A stretch of DNA of 64,000 nucleotides, taken from the NCBI GenBank assembly GCA_035084275.1, contig CM068751.1:19468001-19532000 (forward strand). The letters are read 5' to 3'. The DNA is from Hydrolagus colliei. Taxonomy: Eukaryota. The notes beneath the pieces were generated by a model that was not told the origin of the DNA, did not search any database, and saw nothing but the letters and a program-made list of their open reading frames with translations. Below, piece after piece: positions 52,301 through 58,046 of the stretch. Each line of letters starts with the position of its first letter. Within the stretch, counting starts at the first letter, position 1. A program made the translations under genes and the position numbers.

Positions 52301-52604
52301 TATCAGTGTGTCACCTTCCTGTTTGCAGCACACAGTAACAGGCAGGGGCGGAGGAGGCCAATCCTTGATGTCACCGGGGAGCTGTCTAGAGGATTTCCGC
52401 TTGGCACCATTTATCGAGTGCCAGGGAGCCCGGGGAACTTGCCACTTCTTCGCCAACAAATATAGCTTCTGGCTAACGACAGTGCGATCGAACGAGCAGT
52501 TTGGTACACATGCCTCTTCAGAGACTCTTAAAGTGGGACACAGAGAGAGAGTCAGTCGGTGTCGAGTTTGCGTAAGGAATGAATGTGAGAACAAGGGGTG
52601 TTAA
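4035..52604 (+). CDS. col4a4: Collagen type IV alpha-4 chain, complete multi-exon gene (48 coding exons incl. two 9-nt microexons, about 5070 nt CDS, about 1689 aa)
   Basis: Signal peptide, 7S motif [13 protein letters not shown], Gly-X-Y exons with GT-AG introns in a continuous frame, NC1 with alpha-4-type motifs [36 protein letters not shown]; synteny with col4a3 and rhbdd1. Confidence 0.95.
4155..4440 (-). mobile_element. SINE copy, 5' truncated
   Basis: Reverse complement of family core and tail. Confidence 0.88.
4764..4809 (+). CDS. col4a4: col4a4 exon 3 ([15 protein letters not shown], signal peptide)
   Basis: CAG acceptor, GTAAGT donor, 46 nt, hydrophobic. Confidence 0.85.
5308..5583 (-). 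mobile_element. L2 3' tail fused to SINE 5' half
   Basis: (CAA)n tail and L2 end at 5308-5417, SINE head at 5418-5583. Confidence 0.75.
5895..6057 (+). mobile_element. SINE 3' half
   Basis: Core and tail match. Confidence 0.85.
7050..7420 (-). mobile_element. LINE2 3' fragment
   Basis: Translates [16 protein letters not shown]...IRSAG, typical L2 ORF2 C-terminus, then C-rich 3'UTR. Confidence 0.85.
8862..9190 (+). mobile_element. SINE, full length
   Basis: tRNA head, (CA)n, core, tail. Confidence 0.92.
9722..10245 (+). mobile_element. SINE full length (9722-10060) followed by L2 3' end (10063-10245)
   Basis: Family match; CTCAAGACCCTCCTCTTC and CTTGGGACGTCC...GAAAGGCACTATAT. Confidence 0.88.
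11590..11772 (+). mobile_element. CR1-type LINE 3' end (shark HER1-like)
   Basis: AGCCATGATC...GAATGGCGG...GGCTCGAGGGGCTGAATGGCCTACTCCTGCTCC and (TATGTTC)n tail. Confidence 0.85.
11923..12000 (+). CDS. col4a4: col4a4 exon 4 ([26 protein letters not shown])
   Basis: 78 nt, 7S cysteine motif, AG/GT. Confidence 0.95.
12511..12832 (-). mobile_element. SINE, full length
   Basis: Family match. Confidence 0.92.
13442..13786 (+). mobile_element. SINE, near full length
   Basis: Family match. Confidence 0.9.
15482..15838 (+). mobile_element. SINE, full length
   Basis: Family match. Confidence 0.92.
16448..16582 (+). CDS. col4a4: col4a4 exon 5
   Basis: 135 nt Gly-X-Y, AG/GT. Confidence 0.93.
17154..17198 (+). 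CDS. col4a4: col4a4 exon 6
   Basis: 45 nt [23 protein letters not shown]. Confidence 0.93.
17322..17438 (+). CDS. col4a4: col4a4 exon 7
   Basis: 117 nt, [21 protein letters not shown]. Confidence 0.93.
18441..18509 (+). CDS. col4a4: col4a4 exon 8
   Basis: 69 nt with interruption [18 protein letters not shown]. Confidence 0.92.
19298..19333 (+). CDS. col4a4: col4a4 exon 9
   Basis: 36 nt [20 protein letters not shown]. Confidence 0.9.
19381..20049 (+). mobile_element. SINE split by a MITE insertion
   Basis: Consensus CACTTTACAGTA-TA-TTCTGTGAAG is interrupted at the TA. Confidence 0.9.
19655..19968. mobile_element. Non-autonomous Tc1/mariner (pogo/Tigger-type) MITE, 314 bp
   Basis: 20-bp TIRs CAGTAAAAGCCCGTTTATCC / GGATAAACTGGCTTTTACTG (19/20 match), TA target duplication at 19653-54 and 19969-70. 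Confidence 0.9.
20368..20430 (+). CDS. col4a4: col4a4 exon 10
   Basis: 63 nt Gly-X-Y, AG/GTGAGT. Confidence 0.92.
21555..21590 (+). CDS. col4a4: col4a4 exon 11
   Basis: 36 nt Gly-X-Y, AG/GTGAGT. Confidence 0.92.
21830..21871 (+). CDS. col4a4: col4a4 exon 12
   Basis: 42 nt [22 protein letters not shown]. Confidence 0.9.
23415..23495 (+). CDS. col4a4: col4a4 exon 13
   Basis: 81 nt, LIEPP interruption, AG/GT. Confidence 0.92.
24118..24459 (+). mobile_element. SINE, full length
   Basis: Family match. Confidence 0.92.
24677..24730 (+). CDS. col4a4: col4a4 exon 14
   Basis: 54 nt Gly-X-Y, AG/GTGAGT. Confidence 0.92.
24905..25223 (+). mobile_element. SINE, full length
   Basis: Family match. Confidence 0.92.
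25557..25622 (+). CDS. col4a4: col4a4 exon 15
   Basis: 66 nt [30 protein letters not shown]. Confidence 0.9.
25739..26102 (+). mobile_element. SINE with expanded (CA)n
   Basis: Family match; (CA)n about 25836-25897. Confidence 0.9.
26523..26567 (+). CDS. col4a4: col4a4 exon 16
   Basis: 45 nt Gly-X-Y, AG/GTACGC. Confidence 0.88.
26955..27308 (+). mobile_element. SINE, near full length
   Basis: Family match. Confidence 0.9.
27418..27471 (+). CDS. col4a4: col4a4 exon 17
   Basis: 54 nt Gly-X-Y, AG/GTAAAC. Confidence 0.9.
28146..28215 (+). CDS. col4a4: col4a4 exon 18
   Basis: 70 nt, ends phase 1, AG/GTAGGA. Confidence 0.9.
28390..28673 (+). mobile_element. SINE, near full length
   Basis: Family match. 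Confidence 0.88.
29283..29390 (+). CDS. col4a4: col4a4 exon 19
   Basis: 108 nt, phase 1-1, Gly-X-Y. Confidence 0.9.
29611..29763 (+). CDS. col4a4: col4a4 exon 20
   Basis: 153 nt, phase 1-1, donor GTATGT. Confidence 0.88.
30026..30362 (+). mobile_element. SINE, full length
   Basis: Family match. Confidence 0.92.
30471..30563 (+). CDS. col4a4: col4a4 exon 21
   Basis: 93 nt, [21 protein letters not shown]. Confidence 0.9.
30769..30923 (+). CDS. col4a4: col4a4 exon 22
   Basis: 155 nt, C-A-C motif typical of alpha-4, AG/GTGAGT. Confidence 0.92.
31356..31428 (+). CDS. col4a4: col4a4 exon 23
   Basis: 73 nt, AG/GTAAAC. Confidence 0.9.
31433..31672 (+). mobile_element. SINE, 3' truncated, starting just after exon 23 donor
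   Basis: GTAAACTCCTGTAGCTCAGTGG. Confidence 0.88.
31739..31845 (+). CDS. col4a4: col4a4 exon 24
   Basis: 107 nt, AG/GTAGGT. Confidence 0.9.
32658..32841 (+). CDS. col4a4: col4a4 exon 25
   Basis: 184 nt Gly-X-Y, AG/GTAAGG. Confidence 0.93.
32895..33220 (+). mobile_element. SINE, full length
   Basis: Family match. Confidence 0.92.
33688..33756 (+). CDS. col4a4: col4a4 exon 26
   Basis: 69 nt, AG/GTAAGC. Confidence 0.92.
34336..34443 (+). CDS. col4a4: col4a4 exon 27
   Basis: 108 nt, AG/GTAATA. Confidence 0.92.
34500..34830 (+). mobile_element. SINE, full length
   Basis: Family match. Confidence 0.9.
35272..35490 (+). CDS. col4a4: col4a4 exon 28
   Basis: 219 nt, AG/GTACAT. Confidence 0.93.
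35726..35887 (+). CDS. col4a4: col4a4 exon 29
   Basis: 162 nt, AG/GTAAAA. Confidence 0.93.
36180..36347 (+). CDS. col4a4: col4a4 exon 30
   Basis: 168 nt, AG/GTAGGT. Confidence 0.9.
36415..36990 (-). mobile_element. LINE2 3' fragment
   Basis: Frameshifted L2 ORF2 C-terminal motifs on minus strand ([26 protein letters not shown]) plus tail. Confidence 0.85.
37059..37202 (+). CDS. col4a4: col4a4 exon 31
   Basis: 144 nt, TAG/GTAAGA. Confidence 0.9.
37445..37540. mobile_element. Penelope-like terminal repeat fragment (shark type)
   Basis: CTCTCCATAGATGCTGCCTCACCTGCTGAGT...TTTCAGATTTGCAGCAT motif recalled from chondrichthyan genomes. Confidence 0.55.
38130..38446 (+). mobile_element. SINE, full length
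   Basis: Family match. Confidence 0.92.
38631..38738 (+). CDS. col4a4: col4a4 exon 32
   Basis: 108 nt, AG/GTAAGG. Confidence 0.92.
39152..39333 (+). CDS. col4a4: col4a4 exon 33
   Basis: 182 nt, AG/GTAAGT. Confidence 0.93.
39460..39700 (+). mobile_element. LINE2 3' end with (TTG)n tail abutting exon 34 acceptor
   Basis: CTCTGGAACTCC...CCTTCAAAT...AAGCGCCTTGGGACGTC...GAAAGGCGCTATACAAGTGTAAT(TTG)n. Confidence 0.85.
39707..39770 (+). CDS. col4a4: col4a4 exon 34
   Basis: 64 nt, AG/GTAAGA. Confidence 0.92.
40488..40720 (+). mobile_element. SINE with internal deletions
   Basis: Head, partial core, tail. Confidence 0.85.
40754..40828 (+). CDS. col4a4: col4a4 exon 35
   Basis: 75 nt, AG/GTAAAG. 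Confidence 0.92.
41525..41632 (+). CDS. col4a4: col4a4 exon 36
   Basis: 108 nt, starts GCQG, AG/GTTCGT. Confidence 0.9.
41810..41917 (+). CDS. col4a4: col4a4 exon 37
   Basis: 108 nt, AG/GTAAAT. Confidence 0.9.
41920..42140 (-). mobile_element. SINE with internal deletion, tail abutting exon 37 donor
   Basis: (TAA)n starts within the first intron bases; head near 42140. Confidence 0.88.
42320..42391 (+). CDS. col4a4: col4a4 exon 38
   Basis: 72 nt, [16 protein letters not shown]. Confidence 0.92.
42529..42572. repeat. Perfect inverted repeat, 20-bp arms, 4-nt loop
   Basis: AATTATGAAACCATAGACAA-ATTA-TTGTCTATGGTTTCATAATT. Confidence 0.95.
43076..43204 (+). CDS. col4a4: col4a4 exon 39
   Basis: 129 nt, AG/GTAGGG. 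Confidence 0.92.
43802..44130 (+). mobile_element. SINE, full length
   Basis: Family match. Confidence 0.92.
44344..44352 (+). CDS. col4a4: col4a4 candidate extra 9-nt microexon (G-N-P) between exons 39 and 40
   Basis: aaccag|GCAATCCAG|gtgagc, phase 1-1, one Gly-X-Y triplet, AG-free pyrimidine-rich zone 44224-44341 upstream. Confidence 0.65.
45281..45388 (+). CDS. col4a4: col4a4 exon 40
   Basis: 108 nt, CDIVSI interruption, AG/GTATAG. Confidence 0.92.
45413..45830. mobile_element. Plus SINE interrupted before its tail by an inverted SINE 3' half
   Basis: + 45413-45650, - 45657-45783, + tail 45790-45830. Confidence 0.8.
45993..46151 (+). CDS. col4a4: col4a4 exon 41
   Basis: 159 nt, AG/GTAAAT. 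Confidence 0.92.
46217..46662. mobile_element. Inverted pair of partial SINEs filling intron 41
   Basis: + head 46217-46392, - copy 46412-46662. Confidence 0.85.
46754..46861 (+). CDS. col4a4: col4a4 exon 42
   Basis: 108 nt, AAG/GTCGGT. Confidence 0.9.
47245..47660 (-). mobile_element. LINE2 3' fragment
   Basis: (CAA)n tail, GAGGGAGTTCCAGAG, GGCTGAAAGCACGGCCGCCGATGG. Confidence 0.85.
48283..48291 (+). CDS. col4a4: col4a4 exon 43, 9-nt microexon (G-T-P)
   Basis: cccag|GGACCCCAG|gtgaga, AG-free zone 48120-48280; position matches the 9-nt exon 43 of human COL4A4 as recalled. Confidence 0.75.
48619..48753 (+). CDS. col4a4: col4a4 exon 44 (3' end ambiguous: 48753 or 48777)
   Basis: [12 protein letters not shown] motif; phase-1 donors GTAACG at 48754 or GTGGGT at 48778. 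Confidence 0.8.
49317..49430 (+). CDS. col4a4: col4a4 exon 45
   Basis: 114 nt, AG/GTAAGA. Confidence 0.92.
49966..50151 (+). CDS. col4a4: col4a4 exon 46 (helix/NC1 junction, GFLLVKHSQ...QDLG)
   Basis: 186 nt, NC1 start, AG/GTAAGT. Confidence 0.95.
50221..50298 (+). repeat. Tandem duplication, about 36-bp unit x2
   Basis: TGTTCTACT.GAA.ATCGGTCAGTGATTCTGCTCAA repeated. Confidence 0.85.
51020..51306 (+). CDS. col4a4: col4a4 exon 47 (NC1)
   Basis: 287 nt, LAGSCL...GYSFFM, AG/GTGAGC. Confidence 0.96.
51640..51915 (+). mobile_element. Degraded LINE2 3' end
   Basis: C-rich UTR, CAGCGCCATGGG...GGCGCTATTACAA tail. Confidence 0.6.
52068..52306 (-). mobile_element. SINE, 5' truncated, ending 22 nt before last-exon start
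   Basis: Family match. Confidence 0.88.
52329..52604 (+). CDS. col4a4: col4a4 exon 48 (NC1 C-terminal half, stop TAA)
   Basis: HT...[10 protein letters not shown]...[16 protein letters not shown]. Confidence 0.96.
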   Translation, partial: HTVTGRGGGGQSLMSPGSCLEDFRLAPFIECQGARGTCHFFANKYSFWLTTVRSNEQFGTHASSETLKVGHRERVSRCRVCVRNECENKGC

Positions 52605-52638
52605 GGTTCTTTACCGGAGGGAAGCTGATGGGGATGAG

Positions 52639-52996
52639 AATAATAAATAATAATAATAATCCTTGCATTTGATACAGCGCCTTTTCACATCTTATCGACG
52701 TTCTCAAAGCGCTTCACAGAATATACTGTGAAGTGAATTGACTGTATATTTCTGGGCGAAACATGGCAGCCAACTGAGCACAGCAGCGTCCCCCCCACAA
52801 ACAGTTGTGAATTGAAATGAACAGTTTTTATTATTGTGTTTTTTTTTGGACGGATTATTATCAAGCGTGCGTGCGTGCGTGCGTGTGTGGGTGGAGTACG
52901 GAAACTTGCCCAAGGTTTCGCCCTGACCTGCCTGGATTCGAACACAGGTCTCACGTTTGTAAGGCGAGCGCTCTCACCACTGAGCTACAGGAGCTC
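52639..52996 (-). mobile_element. SINE, full length, immediately after col4a4 stop
   Basis: Family match; a second tail fragment follows at 52998-53070. Confidence 0.92.
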
Positions 52997-53749
52997 TATA
53001 ATAATAATAATAATATTTCTTGCATTTGATATAACGCCTTATCCCATCTTCTAGACATACCAAAGCGCTTCAATGTAATGGGTAGAGGCTTTCGTTTAAT
53101 TAAACATTCATTAACAATGCCAGGGCTCGCCAGCGAGGAGGGTGTTATATAAATGCAAGTTGTTGTTGCTCACAGTAAATCGATGAATCAAAACGAAGAT
53201 GAATACATTTTGTTCAAACAAACATTTACTTATCAATATAATTCAGATGAATTTAACTTGTAGATATCTATTTATATCTAAAATGATTGGTTCATATACT
53301 TACTTCATCTGTTCACAGCTTGTAAACAAACTTGTGTGTGTGTGTGTAAAAAAAATTGCAAGATCAAGCTTGTCAATGCCAACCATTTGCACAAAGAAAT
53401 TCTGTTGTAAGTTTATCCTTAGGTTAACAATAAACATTCCAAACAGTTCACTGTTATTAAAGCACGGAGGATGGAGGCAATTTGGTGACGGATGATTGAA
53501 AGAGAGAGAGAGAGAGAGAGATAATGCAGTGACAAGGAATCACCTCTTGAGTTCAAAGCTGCCCAGACTGAGGGATGAAAAGATCCGAGGTGGAATCAGT
53601 TTGCAAATTTCAATGCAGTCGTACAAACTGTCACTAATTGCGCACTAAATTGGCAACACAATTCATACAGGCGCTGAGTATGTCTGATGTGGAAAATATC
53701 AGGGTCAGACTGGGGCAGTCTGTGAGGGGAAGGAATGGCCTCTGGATTT

Positions 53750-54052
53750 GTAATAAGAATCCTTGCATTTTGATCTAGTGCTTTTCACGTCTCAAAGTGC
53801 TTCAGAATATACTGTAAAGTTAATTGACTGTATATTTGTGGGCAAAACACGACAGCCAATCGCGCACAGCAGCAGCATCCCCCACAAACAGTCGTAGATT
53901 GAAAATGATCAACTCTATGATTTTTTTTTAAAGGATTATTATCAGTCATGTGGAGTAAAGAAACTTGCCCAAGGTTTCGCCCTGCCAGGAATCGAACCCC
54001 AGGTTTCCTCGCTTGTAAGGCAAATGCTCTAACCACTCAGCTACTCGAACTC
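53750..54052 (-). mobile_element. SINE, full length
   Basis: Family match. Confidence 0.9.
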
Positions 54053-54427
54053 CAACATCACGATTGTGGTGGTAGGGGAGACGGAGGTTTCAAATCTCTT
54101 GCCTCAAAAGACAACGAATCCCCTTTCGCTTACCCCTCCCTCAAAATAGTGAGTTAAATTGAAAGAAACTTCCTCCTTGCCACATTTTTGAGTGTCAGAG
54201 TCTTTGGTAGAATTTTATTTCTATCGTCAGCCAAAAATCTAACTGAACCTTACTGAACGTATAAGCCACATTGTCTCAGTGAAAGAAAACAGTGCAATAG
54301 GACCGCGGTGATGTGGATTCTGATCCCATGAAAACAGCAGAGGAACAATTTTGTACCGAGATCTCAAAAAGAATAAGATTTACAGTTTACTTTGTTGATT
54401 TTTCAAGTCCTAGGCTATTCTCCAGAC

Positions 54428-54722
54428 CAGCAGTTCTCAACCTTTTTCAGTAATGTACCCCTTGTTAATTTTCAACATTATCGTGTAGCCCCTCACACAC
54501 ACACACACACTCACACACCCTCGTTCCACTTGCATTTTATGACCAAGCTTTTCTTATATAACAAAGTAACTAGCGACATACAAAACCAGGGGAATAACAA
54601 TTAAATATACAATTTGGAATAGTTATAAACGCTAAATAAATCAACGTATCATCACTGTACCTACCCCCTGGAAGTCATTTTGTACCCCCTGAGCCACCCG
54701 TACCCCTGGTTGAGAACCACTG
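54428..54722. mobile_element. Non-autonomous hAT (Charlie/MER5-type) MITE, 295 bp
   Basis: TIRs CAGCAGTTCTCAACC / GGTTGAGAACCACTG; 8-bp TSD CTCCAGAC / CTCTAGAT fitting the NTCTAGAN preference; subterminal GTACCCC repeats. Confidence 0.88.
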
Positions 54723-56277
54723 CTCTAGATGTCTCCATACGCTTAACATTTTTCCTTTAGAATATACAGGAAATTGTGAGTTGAGTGACAGAAATAACTT
54801 GAACTCCTAATTTCCCTAAAGACACGGTTGTCCCTCTCTTGTTTGTGTGCTCTCTCTCTCTCTCTCTCTGTGCAGTGTCAGTCAGTTACTGTACAGTATT
54901 TAATGCTATCTTGACATGCACATAAAATGGTGGTAACGCTTGCTATTGAATTCAGAGCTTGTCAGCGCTTAACATCGCATTGATTGGGAAAGCTGATTGG
55001 GGAGTGAAAATGCCGTCTGTTTTTCTTATTTAGGAATTTTATTTGAAGCCATTAAAATGTTCAGGGGACTGGATAACTTGAAACACCGAGGTACTGTTGT
55101 CGCTTCAAACTAACTGTAAATCAAATAAAAGGAGAGATTTAAAAGATCCGAGTAACGCAGATCAATATTTCACTTTTATTTGGGTCACATTCATGTCTGT
55201 GTGTGTGGTGTGTGTGACAATTTTAAAAGTGTAAATCAGGCTAGAGAGTGGTAGAAAGCCATTAAGATGCTACACTTACTATGTATAGGTCCCTGTACCT
55301 GATACCAAGCCAGACACATAGCATGAATTACCTCTCCAAGGCTCTTAACAACAAGAACAAATTACATTTGTACAGTACCTTTTACATTGGCTGAACAGTT
55401 AAGGATGTGCACCTGAGATGATAGAATTATGAGTACGTTATCAAGTTGTTTTCACTGTAAAGTTAAAGATTAAAAGTAAATGGTCTCCTCGTGTCTTTGG
55501 CCAACACACCCGCCAGAAAAAATTAGTCTTTGGTGTCTTTTACTTTGGTGGCTGTTTGTCGAGCACTGTTTTGGGGGACAAATCGGCTGCCACATTCACC
55601 CACTCTGCTTTACACTACTGTATTTCATTACTAATTGCTTTGAGGCGTCCTCCTGACGTGAAAGGCACAAAATACAAGGATTATCAATCTTCTGAAATGG
55701 CCTTGGTTGTTCATCCAGGTTTCTGTCAAGCTTCTCGTGGTCATCAACTTATACGATAATAATCGAAAGCTGGGTAGTGACTGATCGAAGGTGTAAATCT
55801 AACTATAGTGTATGGTTTAATATGCACTCCCCCCCCCACCTCCCGCCCAACTCATAAAATATCATGTTGTAGAAGTTTTGACTTTGACGTGTGTGACCTA
55901 TCGGTTTGCTGTCTTTTGCTGCTGAAATTCAGTAATCACTATCTATTCCAATTTAAGCACACATTCCACTTGAACCTGAACTCTGAGCGAGGCTTTGGAA
56001 TAAAGATGCAGTCAAACACAAGTGATCGGAATCCAAAGGAGGTAGTCATTTTTCACAAAATCTATTTCACTACAGCATGGAAAAAGGCTATCCCACTTCC
56101 CCCCCTCCCTCCCCCCCACCCCTCCCCCCCCATTCCTGGGTTATTTTAAGAGCTGCGGAGAACAGACTTCAAAGCTAAAAGTGAATTCAGCAATCCGCCA
56201 AATTCCGCATCAAATAAAACGCTACTCAGAAGAATAAATATAGACCAAGATGGAATGTCTCATATATGTTTAACGCT

Positions 56278-56640
56278 AACTAGTCCAGTGGTGTGGTAAG
56301 CGCACTCGCCCTCGCAAACGAGAAGGACCCGATTCCTGGACAGGGGTGAAACTTTAGAACACACCCTTTATTTACTCCGCACGCCTCTGTTTACACAGTA
56401 AATAGGAACTCAGTCGTTTGTCGGATCACTTTCCAGAGGCAATTAATCCCTCAAAATGAACGCGGTCGTTTGCTCAATCCCGCGGCTGTTTGTGGGGGTA
56501 TCGCTGTGAGCGGTCGGCTGACACCCTAGTTTTTTCACCCACAAATGGAAGTCAATCCACTTAACAATATACGATGCCAAGTGTTTTGAGCCACCTCAAC
56601 GATGCGTTAAGGACCTTTATTAAAATGCAATTACTATTAA
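56278..56640 (+). mobile_element. Older, diverged SINE subfamily copy with longer central domain
   Basis: Degenerate tRNA head, extra segment GCCTCTGTTTACACAGTAAATAGGAACTCAG, Deu-like core, tail. Confidence 0.65.
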
Positions 56641-57349
56641 TTTCAATAGTGTGTCCTCTACTGGGGTTGAGTGAGGGGAGCGGCGACGGGTTCGGCTGTA
56701 ATGCCCCCCCCCCCACACCCCCCCACAGTTAAACTCTCGTGCCAACTTACCGTACAAAATGAAGGAGTGTTAAACGAGGCAGCAGATGCTGACACACATC
56801 TGTCGAAGATGAGCATTTTTCTATTTCAGAAAGCGAAAGCCAATGCCAGGTTCTCGACGGCTGTAATTTCAAAGGGCGCTTTTTAAGTCGTTTACGCATC
56901 GGCAGAATCGAAACGCGGACAGACCTTTTTCTGATGCAAATACATGATTTCGTATCCGCGGGAAAGTACGTTTGTCACACTGACTGTGTTGCAAACTGTA
57001 TTTGGTGGGCGAAATGCAGCAGCCGATTAATCTGCGCGCGCAGCAGCGTCCCCAAAACAGCTGTGAATTGAGTGACCACACTTTTGTTGTAGAGGGGAGG
57101 CAGAATACAACACGCTTGTCCAAAATAAAATAGCAAAATATTTAGTACAGTATTTCTGACTATTTTAATAAATATTAAACCAGATGAGGGAGAAAGATTT
57201 CCTCCCCGCTGCAAATGAATTCCTGAATCGGTCTCAGACTGCCCTGTGTTGCCACCAGATGGCATGCAATACACATAGAGAGGCCACATCACCAGTACTG
57301 CACAAGTACCAGTTACTGTACATTACTGAGAAATAGCTGCTGGTTCCTG

Positions 57350-58046
57350 ATCAGAGCCCCCAAACCCCAAAGTCAACCTTCAGAGTCTCTCCATTGCAGC
57401 CTTTGAGAATTTGCAGGAATTCCTGTATTTTGGCAGGGGAGTCTTTAAGCCACTTTGCACCCCCTCCACCCCCCCCACCCACCCAACCTCTGGAACTCCA
57501 TCCTGCAATCCCTCCGCCTCACCACCACCCCCCCAACCCTCTCCCTGGCCTCCTTCAAGTCTCCCCTCAAGTCTCCTCTTCGATGGACCCATCGGCAACT
57601 CCTTATTCCCCCACTCTTCCCTCCCCCCCCCCCCCCACCCCCCCACCCGTGTCCTCAGCTCATGTCTGAAGCAGTGACTGTCCAGCCTCTTGGGACATCC
57701 TCCTGACGTGAAAGGCACTTTCCAAGAGTAATTTTGTTGATGTTGTTGTATTTTACATGTTAAGCGGCAATGTAAAAGGATACAGGAAGGAGAGCAACCA
57801 TCCTTACTCCACACGCACGCCTAATACTAACCCTGTCCAAAAAAAAACCACACTAATAAAAATTCATAATTTCATTCCACGACTGTTTGTGGGGAGGACG
57901 CTGCTGTGCGCATTCGGCTGCCGCGTTTCGCCCACAAATATATACAGTCAATTCACTTTACAATATATTCTGTGAAGCGCTTTGAGATGTGGATAAGATG
58001 TGATAAGGCGCGATATCAAATGCAAGGATTATTATGATTATTATTA
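57350..58046 (+). mobile_element. LINE2 3' end (57350-57750) followed by 5'-truncated SINE (57800-58046)
   Basis: L2 UTR with (TTG)n tail; SINE core and tail. Confidence 0.85.

Noticed and set aside
49966-52604. Assignment as col4a2 or col4a6
   Set aside because: NC1 motifs, the exon size series, the 9-nt exon, the CAC motif and rhbdd1 synteny all favour col4a4
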